Assembly: GCA_905250055.1 (NCBI GenBank)
Contig: CAJNOF010000004.1
Span: 4,268,656 to 4,312,908, forward strand
DNA: 44,253 nucleotides
Direction: 5' to 3'
DNA from: Rotaria sp.
Lineage: Eukaryota
Under the pieces are notes generated by a model. That model made no database searches. It was not told the DNA's origin and saw only the letters and a list, made by a program, of their open reading frames with translations. The translations under genes and the position numbers were made by a program. The number at the start of each line of letters is the position of its first letter. Positions within the stretch are counted from its first letter, which is position 1. Positions 34,944 through 44,253 of the stretch are shown in pieces.

Positions 34944-35197
34944 TTGCTGTAACTACTATATATTATTTACACACCGTAGTTAATGGGGAAAATGAATAAA
35001 TGCAAAAAAAAAAAAACAGTTGAAGATATATTATAATGATTGAACGATCATATTACTAACATTATATTTGCGTCCTTTTCTTTTTCTTTTATTCTTTAGA
35101 TGATGACAATATCTTATCAAAGTATTAAGGTCATGTCTTAAATATAATTCTTTGACGATTATATAATATATTAAGTGCCTATGTGTCACTACTCAAC

Positions 35198-35229
35198 ATG
35201 GTTCTTTCTGAAAAACAAAAAAATGAACT
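35198..35229 (+). CDS. PAFAH1B1: LIS1 exon 1.
   Basis: [10 protein letters not shown](L); donor ct|gtaaga. Confidence 0.8.
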
Positions 35230-37924
35230 GTAAGATTTTCTTTTTTTTTTTTTAATGTCTTATTGATTAATAAAAAATTATATATATGTATGTTTTTTCT
35301 TTTATTTCAGTAATCAAGCTATAGCTGATTATTTAGCCACAAATGGTTATACAATCTCATGTAAAGAATTTTGCAGAGAAGCAAATATTGTATGAAAAAT
35401 TTTGATAAAATAATTCGAATAAATTGATTTGTTCTAGTCTACTAATGAAAGTGTGGAAAGAAAAGATCAATTGGAAAAAAAATGGACTTCAGTTATACGA
35501 CTACAGAAGAAAGTAAAAATAAAATATTTCACTAGTGTTTAATAATAATGAATACTGAACGTTTTTTTTTATTATTAAGGTTATGGATCTTGAATCAAAA
35601 TTACAAGAAGCTCTACAAGAAGCGATAACTGGTGTATCTCCTGGACCAAAACGTCAACCTAACGAATGGATACCTCGACCTCCTGAAAAATTCGAGCTAA
35701 AAGGTCATCGTGACACAGTGACACGCGTTGTCTTTCATCCAACTTACGATATTCTTGCATCAGCTAGTGAAGATGCAACAATTAAAGTATAAATTCTTCA
35801 TAATAAATATATTTTTTAAATTTATTTGTATATAGATATGGGATTATGAATCAGGAGAACATGAACGAACATTAAAAGGTCATACAGCACCGGTGCAAGA
35901 TATTGCCTTTGATCATACAGGCAAATGGCTTGGTAAAACACTTTTCTTTATTCCATTAAAAAAAAAAAAAAACTTCGAATCTTTTTTTATTCTTGCTTAG
36001 TATCATGTTCGGCTGATATGAGTGTTCGTTTATGGGATTTTCAAACTTATCAATGTGTAAAAACAATGCATGGTAATGAAAAGTCAATAATGTGATTTTA
36101 AGTTTTGTTTTTCTTAGGTCATGATCATAATGTATCGTCAGTAACGTTTACTCCAAGTGGTGATCATATTATTTCATGTAGTCGTGATAAAACGATTAAA
36201 ATATGGGAAGTATCAACGGCGTAAGTGTCATTGTTAAAATATATTTTGATAAAAAACAAATAATCTAGTTTATAAATTGTTCATCTTAGATAGTCAAAGG
36301 TAGTTTTTTGTTTTATGAAAAAAAAAAAAAGAAATTAAGCATGTAAAATATTTATCATTTCAAATTATATTGGAGATAGTAATTTAAAATGATCATTTCA
36401 CATAATTAGAGATGTGCTGGACTAAATTCTTTTTGGTTTTAGTCATAATCCTAATAAATTTAATCTAGAAGAAACTATTCAAAATTTTATTCATATCATG
36501 TCTAGAAAAATTCTTCAATATTCACTGTTTTAATTTGTTTAGTTAACGACCAGTACTCTCTTGGGTAATCTTTCTTGAATTATATTTTGATTGATATGAT
36601 TTATAAGATAATTTGCTTAAAACTATAGAGTATTGAACTATCTATCAATGATAAAATGCTTGTGAATCGTATTTTTGATGCATACTTTCATAAGTAGTCA
36701 ATCACAAAAAATACAAAGTTCTCAATAGATTTTTTTTTTACATGTAGAGAACTCGTTGTGCTGATCTTTTTCGGTAAAAAAGAAATATTCAAATTCATTC
36801 AATAAATCATAGTGCTCAAGTCAAAATAGTCGAAAACATCTACAATCACTCAGTAGCAGTCAAGAACAGTCGAATTATTCACTATGATTTCTTGAGTAAA
36901 TTTGGAGACGACTCATTAGAGCGTATCAGGCTGATTTTGAACTAGATGGACTCTCCTACCTATCAAAAATATGATTTGCAAGCATTTTATTGTTTGTCAG
37001 ATAATCTTTAGTTCTGGTTGGGACAACTTTTCCTTAATACTTGTAAACCTTCAAATTTCAGTCTCGCACATCTCTACACTTAGCACTGATATATCATAAA
37101 AATTGTAGAAATATTTCTAATAATTTAATTTTATAGATTTTGTGTAAAATCTCTTGTTGGACATCGAGAGTGGATACGTATGATACGTGTTTATCACGAT
37201 GGTACATTAATTGCCAGTTGTTCAGTCGATCATGTATGTAAATGAAGAATTTTTATGAAGTAAAATTTGTGTCTTTGATAGACTGTACGTATTTGGTCAC
37301 TGCCAAGTGGTGAATGTAAAACTGAATTACGTGGTCATGACAATGTTATTGAATGTATTGCTTGGGCACCGGATTCGGCCGGACCACATATATCCGAATC
37401 GATTTCTAATGGTGGATCTGAAGTATTTATCTTTGTTTTTATTCGAAAAAATTTATTTTCATAAAAAAAATATTCTTTATTATTAGACACAGAAACGATC
37501 CGGTCCTTATCTCGTATCCGGTGCACGTGATAAGACAATTCGAATGTGGGATGTAACTAATGGTTTATGTTTGTTTATATTAGTAAATATTTAATTAAAA
37601 TAAATATTTTATTTATTTATTTATTTATTAAATTTATATTAGACTGGTCATGATAATTGGGTTCGTGGACTTGTATTTCACCCAGGTGGAAAATATCTAT
37701 TGAGTTGTTCTGATGATAAAACATTACGTGTATGGGATATTAAAAATAAACGAAATACAAAAACTATTGATGCTCATACTCATTTTTGTACTTCACTTGG
37801 TAAAATATATCGTTCATTTATTTCTTATTTTATATGTTTGCTTTATTTAGATATGCATCGAAATAAACCTTTTGTGATTACGGGTAGTGTTGATGCATCA
37901 GTTAAAGTATGGGAATGTCGTTGA
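35198..37924 (+). CDS. PAFAH1B1: LIS1 / PAFAH1B1 orthologue (lissencephaly-1 homologue, dynein regulator), 12 exons, 409 aa: LisH + coiled coil + 7 WD40. Model: join(35198..35229, 35311..35389, 35438..35512, 35580..35786, 35836..35932, 36001..36072, 36118..36220, 37137..37233, 37282..37422, 37487..37582, 37643..37799, 37851..37924).
   Basis: Spliced product: [132 protein letters not shown](I)[277 protein letters not shown]. This is near end-to-end collinear with human LIS1 (410 aa). Every junction is GT-AG with matching phase, and exon lengths sum to 1230 nt. Confidence 0.93.
35311..35389 (+). CDS. PAFAH1B1: LIS1 exon 2 (LisH).
   Basis: (L)[26 protein letters not shown]; acceptor tttatttcag; donor gtatga. 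Confidence 0.85.
35438..35512 (+). CDS. PAFAH1B1: LIS1 exon 3.
   Basis: [25 protein letters not shown]; acceptor ttgttctag; donor gtaaaaat. Confidence 0.85.
35580..35786 (+). CDS. PAFAH1B1: LIS1 exon 4.
   Basis: [70 protein letters not shown]; acceptor attattaag; donor gtataaat. Confidence 0.9.
35836..35932 (+). CDS. PAFAH1B1: LIS1 exon 5.
   Basis: (I)[31 protein letters not shown]. Using acceptor tatatag adds one residue (Ile) relative to the human KVWDYE. Confidence 0.8.
36001..36072 (+). CDS. PAFAH1B1: LIS1 exon 6.
   Basis: [24 protein letters not shown]; acceptor tcttgcttag; donor gtaatgaa. Confidence 0.85.
36118..36220 (+). CDS. PAFAH1B1: LIS1 exon 7.
   Basis: [34 protein letters not shown](A); acceptor tttcttag; donor gtaagtgtc. 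It is followed by a 916-nt intron. Confidence 0.9.
37137..37233 (+). CDS. PAFAH1B1: LIS1 exon 8.
   Basis: (A)[32 protein letters not shown]; acceptor attttatag; donor gtatgtaa. Confidence 0.9.
37282..37422 (+). CDS. PAFAH1B1: LIS1 exon 9.
   Basis: [47 protein letters not shown]; acceptor tctttgatag; donor gtatttat. Confidence 0.9.
37487..37582 (+). CDS. PAFAH1B1: LIS1 exon 10.
   Basis: [32 protein letters not shown]; acceptor tattattag; donor gtaaatat. Confidence 0.85.
37598..37640. repeat. (TTTA)n / AT-rich microsatellite inside LIS1 intron 10.
   Basis: tttatttatttatttatttatt, read directly. Confidence 0.8.
37643..37799 (+). CDS. PAFAH1B1: LIS1 exon 11.
   Basis: [52 protein letters not shown]; acceptor tttatattag; donor gtaaaata. 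Confidence 0.9.
37851..37924 (+). CDS. PAFAH1B1: LIS1 exon 12 (stop TGA 37922-37924).
   Basis: [24 protein letters not shown]; acceptor ctttatttag. Confidence 0.9.
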
Positions 37925-38628
37925 ACTTGTATTAACAGCATTAATAGACATGCTAATTGTTTCCTTTTCTTTCCAACTCATCCTTATCGATTTGTATTCC
38001 TTTATTTGCGTGATGGAATTGTCTACTATTATTTATTTTCTTGTTCTTTCATGTATCTGCTACTGATGCAATAGCTTTTTTTTTCTCTTTCTTTAGTCAT
38101 ACATACGCATATATAAATATATATATACATAAATTGACGAGAGAACTAAAACAAAACATATTTAACTGAGAGGAGACATAACAATTTCCTTTGATGTGTG
38201 AACGAACAAAAAAATAACTATCCAGCACACAAAATGCATTTTTCTTTTTACATAAACTTTCTTTTTCTCTCTATTTTTGAAAAAAATAAACGACATATGA
38301 GCGAGACACGAAAGAAAAAAGTGTGTGAATGAACTACTTTGTTTTCTTTTTTTTTCCCACGTTGCTTGTGTATGTCTGTTGATTTTACTTATTTGTGTGT
38401 ATGTGTGCGCACTGTTTGTTTAGAATGTTGCTCTCTCTCTTTTTTTTTTCTGTGTGCATTGATTGGTTATCTTTATTTCGTTTTCTTTGCTCTGTTCACT
38501 TCTTTTTCGCTCAAAATACAGTACAGAAGTTCGAGAAAAAAGCATTTTTTTTTTACATCAAAGTCAAAATACACTAAACACAAAACGAACAACATGAAGT
38601 TTAAATGAAGCAGGTAGAAAATATCTAG

Positions 38629-38752
38629 TTAATCTTTATGTAAAAGCCAAATACATGTTTGACCAATACCTGTCATTGAAATTACGTGATAACCAAGTGT
38701 TTCCAGTTTATCAAGAACAACACGTGCACAATCATTTGTACGATATTCAGAA
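38629..38752 (-). CDS. GCHFR: GCHFR exon 2 (with stop).
   Basis: (F)SEYRTNDCARVVLDKLETLGYHVISMTGIGQTCIWLLHKD*. Confidence 0.85.
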
Positions 38753-39853
38753 CTAAAATACAAGAATATTTATGGTTGATTGATATAGGAGGCTAGCTGA
38801 AAGTTTCTAAACAATCCTAGATTGAGTATATTGGAAGTTAGAAAAAATTATTAGAAATTTATCGCAAGAAGAATAGTTGTTTTTCTGATTTTCGCCTTTT
38901 AAACGTAAAATGATCCTACGTCACAACTCTGCTATTGTTTAGCAGATTAACCAAAACTCTCCATCCTTGAGCCATTTGGCAAAGTAAGATTTTGCTTTTT
39001 CAGAAATCTTTTTTGAGTTCTTTCAAAAGTTACACAATAATTCTAAGCATATATCCTGAAAGTATACGAAAAATGATCCAATATTTTGTCAAGAAACTTT
39101 TGGCCCACTCCTAAAATAAAGAATCATAAATACTTCAATCATAGCTAGAATCAAGTGATTTAATTCATCTATCGTACCGATGAAATACGTTTTAGAGTAT
39201 GAATTTTAATTTGAAATAATTTTTTTCTTATCTCATGTAACGAAAAACTTCTATTTCAGTCAAGTTAAGATGACAATATCCATTTTTTGTTGTGTATACC
39301 TGATCAAAAATGTAAATCAGAGACACAATCTTTGTTCGATAGCTTAAGTGCCAAGAGAACTATGTTATCCAAAGAATAAGTTCGTTAGCTTAAGCATAAT
39401 TTATTTATGAAACGTGTAGGCAGTAATGTTCTATTGTAGAGATATTTTCCTAAGAAGTTGAGCTTCATTCACTGAATAACTACTACGTTCTCGTCTTAAA
39501 TAAATTTGAAAACTCATCTTTTCCGAGGCTTTTAGCATTTATTTATTTGCAATTATCATCGAAAGAGTAATAATGTTAGGAAAAAGAACGTGTCATCAAA
39601 TTGAACAAGATTAATTATGTAATAAGAATGATAAAAAAAACTAATTCGAGACAACATCATCATCAACATTAGTTGCATTTTCTATAAATAAATCAAATGA
39701 TAAAATATTCAAATTAACTTACAAATTGTTGCATTTTTCATGAAAAAGTTGAGCACCTAAATAGGCCATAATTTCTGGATCTACTCGTTCATCACCTACA
39801 ATAGTTGGACCTGATTCAAGACGAATTCTCGTACTAACAAATAAATGAGGCAT
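38629..39853 (-). CDS. GCHFR: GCHFR orthologue (GTP cyclohydrolase I feedback regulatory protein, GFRP), 2 exons, 84 aa. Model: complement(join(38629..38752, 39723..39853)).
   Basis: MPHLFVSTRIRLESGPTIVGDERVDPEIMAYLGAQLFHEKCNN|FSEYRTNDCARVVLDKLETLGYHVISMTGIGQTCIWLLHKD*. This is collinear along its full length with mammalian GFRP (MPYLLISTQIRMEVGPTMVGDE.SDPELMQHLGA...[45 protein letters not shown]), which is also 84 aa. Phase-2 donor tt|gtaagtt; acceptor gtattttag; ATG at 39853..39851. Confidence 0.85.
39723..39853 (-). CDS. GCHFR: GCHFR exon 1 (with start).
   Basis: MPHLFVSTRIRLESGPTIVGDERVDPEIMAYLGAQLFHEKCNN. Confidence 0.85.
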
Positions 39854-40572
39854 ATCTAAAAAAAAGAAATCAATAAAATATATTTTCATTGTGAAGAACG
39901 AAAAACAAAAGAAATATTAAAAGACGATCTTTTAAGTTCGAAATCCAATAATTAGTCATTAATGCATTAATATCTCGTATTCATTTTATGGTTTTATAAG
40001 ATGTTCACCTAAATCAAATTAATCATTTAAACAGTATTGCAAAAATTGAAAAATATGCATCGCGTTTTACAACATCAACTCGTAAATGATTATCTTTGAA
40101 ATGTATCTAACATAATTCTGTTCTAGAAAGCACTTCCAAGACAATTATATCATAGAACCAAGCGTCTGACTTTAATAAACAGAAGCAGAACTAAGTCTGT
40201 AAAAAATGTCAAATTCTATCGGATCGTATTACCGATTTGTAAAGCAATGTTCAAGCTACAAATTTCGTTAACCTGAAAAGTCGGTATTTTTCAATTATTT
40301 AGGACTACATGTACCTAATTTCGAACTCTTTAATTAACAAGATTTAAAGAATGAAATTGTTCTAAAATAGAGTCTTTTGCTATAACTATGAGTTTCGAAG
40401 ACAATCAATCACCATCTCTAGAAGACATACATAACTCAATTCATTTTGCATTATTCGTTTGAAATATATCAAATCATAGAAAATTTGCAGCGAAAAAAAA
40501 TAATTCAAAAAATATTTTTTCCGTTGTAATATTTTGTCTTTTTCACAGAAGCTTATTAGTATAGTCTTGTTT

Positions 40573-40597
40573 GGAGCTGACATGTGGAACTCACATA
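40573..40597. repeat. 25-mer 'ggagctgacatgtggaactcacata'; a second copy (4 mismatches) lies at 44136-44160.
   Basis: Compared directly: ggagctGAcaTgtggaactcacata versus ggagctAAaaCgtggaactcacata. Confidence 0.5.
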
Positions 40598-43500
40598 CAT
40601 GTTCGCACATTGAACATTTCCTTACTATTAGTACTGCACATATTAGTACCTTAGAACTTTTGTAAGATATTATTTAATTATCTATGTCATCTTCGTAATA
40701 ACTATTTTATAATACAGTATGAGTGATTTATTTTTAGGTTCTCTTTGAAAGCATATTCTTATTATGATTGTCATATATTTCTCGAATATTAACAACAAAA
40801 ATGTTATGTATTTTATTTAAAATAGAATATCCTATTCGAATATTAATTATTTCTTTTTATCGTAAACTCAACATATCTTTGCAATCTTTCGATTAGAAAA
40901 TCAATTTTATAACTTACAAGTAATGACTCTCGTTAATTCATCCTTTTTTGCAACATATCTTCGGATTTAATTTAGATAACATTTTCAGCTTCAGTTACAT
41001 TGCTTTTTGCCTGAAAAAACAATCATTTTTTTGGAAGAGAAAACAAAAGAGTATTTTTGTACCCAAATAACCTTATCCTACTGTGTTCTATAAACATGGA
41101 ACTTACTCATTGACTTTTTTCATATTCTTTTGTTCAAGAAGATTTTTAAGTAAAGCATTCAATACATCACCTCAAAATTGATCAACATTTGAATCAATAT
41201 TTGTTGCTTTTTTCAGAGCAGTGCATTAAAAAATTTATGCAAAACCATCTTGAGTTTTCACTCAATAGTCGAAAAAATTCATCTATAGAGTATATTGTTG
41301 ATAGTCAATTACAAGTATGATTTGGTGAAACGTTGATGTTAAACATCGATGCCTTGAAAGTTTTTATGGCATTAATATGTGAAGAAGCCATTTTTTTTTC
41401 TTTTATCATTAGAAATCGAGTAAGAGTGGCTATCTGTTGCGTATGACTCAAGACATGACAATATGTAAATGAATAGAAGAAAACAGATGCCAATCCATTA
41501 CAAGCTGTTGCAAAGAACACAACTCAATAATCATGACATACAAAACATATATTATAATATCTACAAAGATTATTTTCTCTTTCTTTTTAAGCATAAATTA
41601 TTTAATATTTCATGAATAAAATAAGAATAAAACAATATGGACAAGTTGCGTTCATAGTTATGCGGCAAAAATACTCAATTTATTCTTTGGAATTTGTAAT
41701 CTTGTTAATAAATGCCATCTAGAACAAAAATTAAAAAATCTAACGTGAAGAATCTTTTGAAACAAAAATGTTCTTGAATGTCAATTATTTGAATAGCTTT
41801 CTCGCATAATCAATGAAGTTCTATGAAAAAATTTTCATTTATGTGTGCTTTTGCTAATGGTTTGAAAAATGACACATTATTGACTTGAAAACATTAAGAA
41901 AACTCATATTGTCATTAGAATAATGACAATGTCAGTAAGTTTAACCGAAAGAAAAAAAGCGGCTCGAGTATTCTTGCTTTCGGTTGCGAATAATAGAATC
42001 TATTTTTCTCTTTTCTTTTCAAGTATTTCTCATGTATTTCATTCTATTTACCACAATGAATTTCTTTTATGTACTAAATAAATGTAATATCAGTGCCTCT
42101 GGTAGTAATTATAATGAATTGATCTGTTAGATCACATTAATGGCTTCGTATTTTCATATGACAACAATAGACATCACTGATTATTGCGTGTATTTTGAAA
42201 AATAGATCATGTTACATTAGAATACATTATATCTAGTAGAAGACACACTATGTCAGAACTTATATTGTTTTCAGAAAACATCTTCTGAATAAAGAACATT
42301 AACACAACATAGTGATCGTCATTCTTCATGAGAGTATTTCTGAAAAACAAGTTATTGTGAATATCCATTATATTTACAGCAGCAGGTCCTAACACTCTAT
42401 TATATATGTCAATAAAATCACAAAAAATTGATATTGATTATTTTTAAAGGTTATAACTTGACCAATTCACACTTTTTATGTTGATCAACTGACAATTGTG
42501 GTAAATTAATAGATCACTACCTATGATCGTTGACATTTTGAGTATAGATTCTTTTCTACGCAAAAATCAAACACTGCACTATGTAAAACATTTGCAAGTC
42601 ATTCAAAATATGACGAAGCCTTTGGAATATTCTAGGACTCTAAGAAAGCATTCTGATGCTGATTGTTCTCAATTGCTTAAGTCTGTGATGGCGAACGAAA
42701 AAAGGAAGTCGGAAAGCTTCGACTTGAAACTTAGGGTGCGGGTTACAACGATACCTACATACACACCTTGTTTTGATTCTTGTTCTTTCTTCTGTAGAAA
42801 AGCATCACCTATCTCAAATGTTAATATTTCGTTGATGAAGAGTTTTTTCTTTCCTTATTGGTTTTACCTCAGTCATCATTGACTCTCAGCGATAAACCGA
42901 GTTCGTTGAAGAGGTGAGAAGCTATCATATAAATGAGTAGTCAAAAAGCGAAACAACATTCATTTTCTATTATTCTTACTCTTTTGCAGGTAGATGGGGA
43001 TAACAAGAAGTAACAAGTTTTTATTTCATTCTGATATTCTCTCCCTCTTTGATTTTACAGCAGTTGTTGCTCTCTCATGGATACACAGATATCAGTGAAG
43101 AGGTGAATAGAAATAACAGAAAGGGATAGCCACAAGCCAACAGAACCTTCTTTATTGATTGTGTTCATTCACTGATTGGCAGATTTAATGATAGCTAGCT
43201 GTCTAGTGTCTTGTCATTATGAACACTTTCTTATTTTTGCCTATTACGGCAATGATGACATTAACGCAGTCGAATTTCTTTTTATACATATGTACAATAG
43301 TCGGATATAGAAAGGGCTAACAAGTTAGCATGAAGTTCAGTGTTAGTTTGTTTCTTTGTTATGGCATGCCTAAACACAAAGAAGACAGCTTTCAATTATT
43401 ATTTCTTTGAATTATTCTTTTTCTATTCGTTCTTAAATAAGAGTGGCAGCGTATTGCACGTGAACAAAGTTGTTAGCATCGAGCAACATAGGACCAATTT

Positions 43501-43920
43501 AGATATAGATGTCAGGATCAATATTTATTTTGTATTTTGATCCTATAAAGAGCACACGTACAAAGTGTCGAATTTCGTTTCAGGAAGAAGACATCAACCA
43601 ATAAGAGAAGGAAACGAAACGAAGTAAAGCACACTATCCGTTTCTATTCTTTTTCTAATAGTAGTTGCACTGTGTTGACAGTCAGTTCACACTGATTTTT
43701 TTGTTCATGCTATGTTTATTCGTCCGTCACAAACCATAGTTTTCTAGTACCTGAAGTAAAGGGATTCTGTTGTATTGCTCGTAAAATGGTGAAAAATGTT
43801 GATTAATTGCAAAAAACCAAAACAGTAGAATGCAAGAAGCAGCAAAAGAGTGTGGAATGGGTTTGAGTGAAAATATAAAGAATATTCACACCTCACACCC
43901 AAATCATTAGGGATCAGAGA

Positions 43921-44037
43921 TGGACGAGCCGCGGTGTAAAACCGCCCCGTCCCGCGGCGGGGCGGTGCTAAAACTTGACGGGGCGGGGCGGTGACGGTGC
44001 ATGACGAAATTTCACGGTTTCCCCGCCTTTGTATAAT
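43921..44037. other. GC-rich palindromic island in an AT-rich background. It has a perfect 9-bp-stem hairpin (accgccccg-tcccgcgg-cggggcggt at 43941-43966), tandem GGGGCGG boxes (gacggggcggggcggtgacggtg) and cacggtttccccgcc.
   Basis: Read directly. This is a local G+C burst (about 75%) in an otherwise roughly 70% AT region, immediately followed by the second copy of the 25-mer repeat (44136-44160). Confidence 0.5.
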
Positions 44038-44135
44038 CTTGATTTCTTAAATATACTCAGATCTTTAGAGACATCTTTTAAAAATTTTTTCAAACTAAAC
44101 TAATCAGTAAAACAGCTTGTTAGCGCAGCTCTAGA

Positions 44136-44160
44136 GGAGCTAAAACGTGGAACTCACATA
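44136..44160. repeat. Second copy of the 25-mer ggagct..gtggaactcacata.
   Basis: See 40573-40597. Confidence 0.5.
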
Positions 44161-44253
44161 TATTTTTTTAATTTTTTTGTCCTGATGCCTAATTTTTAAA
44201 TTGTAAAATACCTTTTTTCCGAATACGTATGAAATCATTGATATATTACATAA

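Noticed and set aside
43981-44060. Possible flatworm spliced-leader (SL) RNA gene. 'cacggttt...cttgatttc' faintly echoes the schistosome SL (AACCGTCACGGTTTTACTCTTGTGATTTGTTGCATG).
   Set aside because: Only an 8-mer (cacggttt) truly matches. There is no ATG|GT donor context, no Sm-site (AATTTTGG-like), and no tandem organisation. Resemblance is too weak to call.

Overview
This window is eukaryotic nuclear DNA, not prokaryotic. It is about 70% AT and carries multi-exon genes with short GT-AG introns (gtaagt / ttttag type) plus several small TIR/foldback repeats. The composition and gene content fit a flatworm-like (trematode-type) genome, but I cannot confirm the species from sequence alone. 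I found no prokaryotic-style defence island, CRISPR array, tRNA or rRNA.

Gene content, left to right:
- **1-1474 (-):** a partial gene whose N-terminal coiled-coil exons resemble RPGRIP1L/fantom; it continues past the window start.
- **3171-7194 (-):** a 12-exon gene for an RNI-type leucine-rich-repeat protein (571 codons, PPP1R37/LRRC45-like) with a short C-terminal coiled coil.
- **7836-16566 (+):** a 7-exon TEP1 homologue (telomerase/vault-associated protein 1, about 2,760 aa) with a Ser/Leu-rich repeat N-terminus, then TROVE, DUF4062, a NACHT P-loop NTPase and a long WD40 array.
- **18534-19111:** a 578-bp piggyBac-like MITE with TTAA target-site duplication, lying in the AT-rich intergenic stretch 16.6-22.7 kb (which also holds a roughly 140-bp tandem duplication).
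- **22783-23531 (+):** a 2-exon tail-anchored coiled-coil gene, possibly SNARE-like.
- **roughly 24196-25039 (-):** an uncharacterised multi-exon gene.
- **25426-27314 (-):** an inward-rectifier K+ channel (Kir) gene copy that looks dead. It has three in-frame stop codons at conserved positions. A 560-bp hairpin sits exactly inside its M1-pore exon. Its N-terminal region is replaced by a GC-rich repeat.
- **27280-28735:** two copies of a 'ctgccctgccctg / caccagtagag' hairpin-bearing repeat flank a 300-bp perfect foldback element and BED-finger-like ORF debris.
- **32904-34799 (+):** a 4-exon tetraspan membrane protein (PMP22/claudin/LHFPL-like) ending in a PPPEY motif.
- **35198-37924 (+):** a clean 12-exon LIS1 (PAFAH1B1) orthologue, 409 aa.
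- **38629-39853 (-):** a 2-exon GCHFR (GTP cyclohydrolase I feedback regulator) orthologue, convergent with LIS1.
- **43921-44037:** a striking GC-rich palindromic island (GGGGCGG boxes, 9-bp perfect hairpin) in otherwise AT-rich sequence, next to a 25-mer that also occurs at about 40.57 kb.

Most noteworthy:
- the TEP1 STAND NTPase;
- the dead, multiply disabled Kir locus with the precisely placed hairpin;
- the TTAA-flanked MITE;
- the GC-rich island at 43.9 kb.
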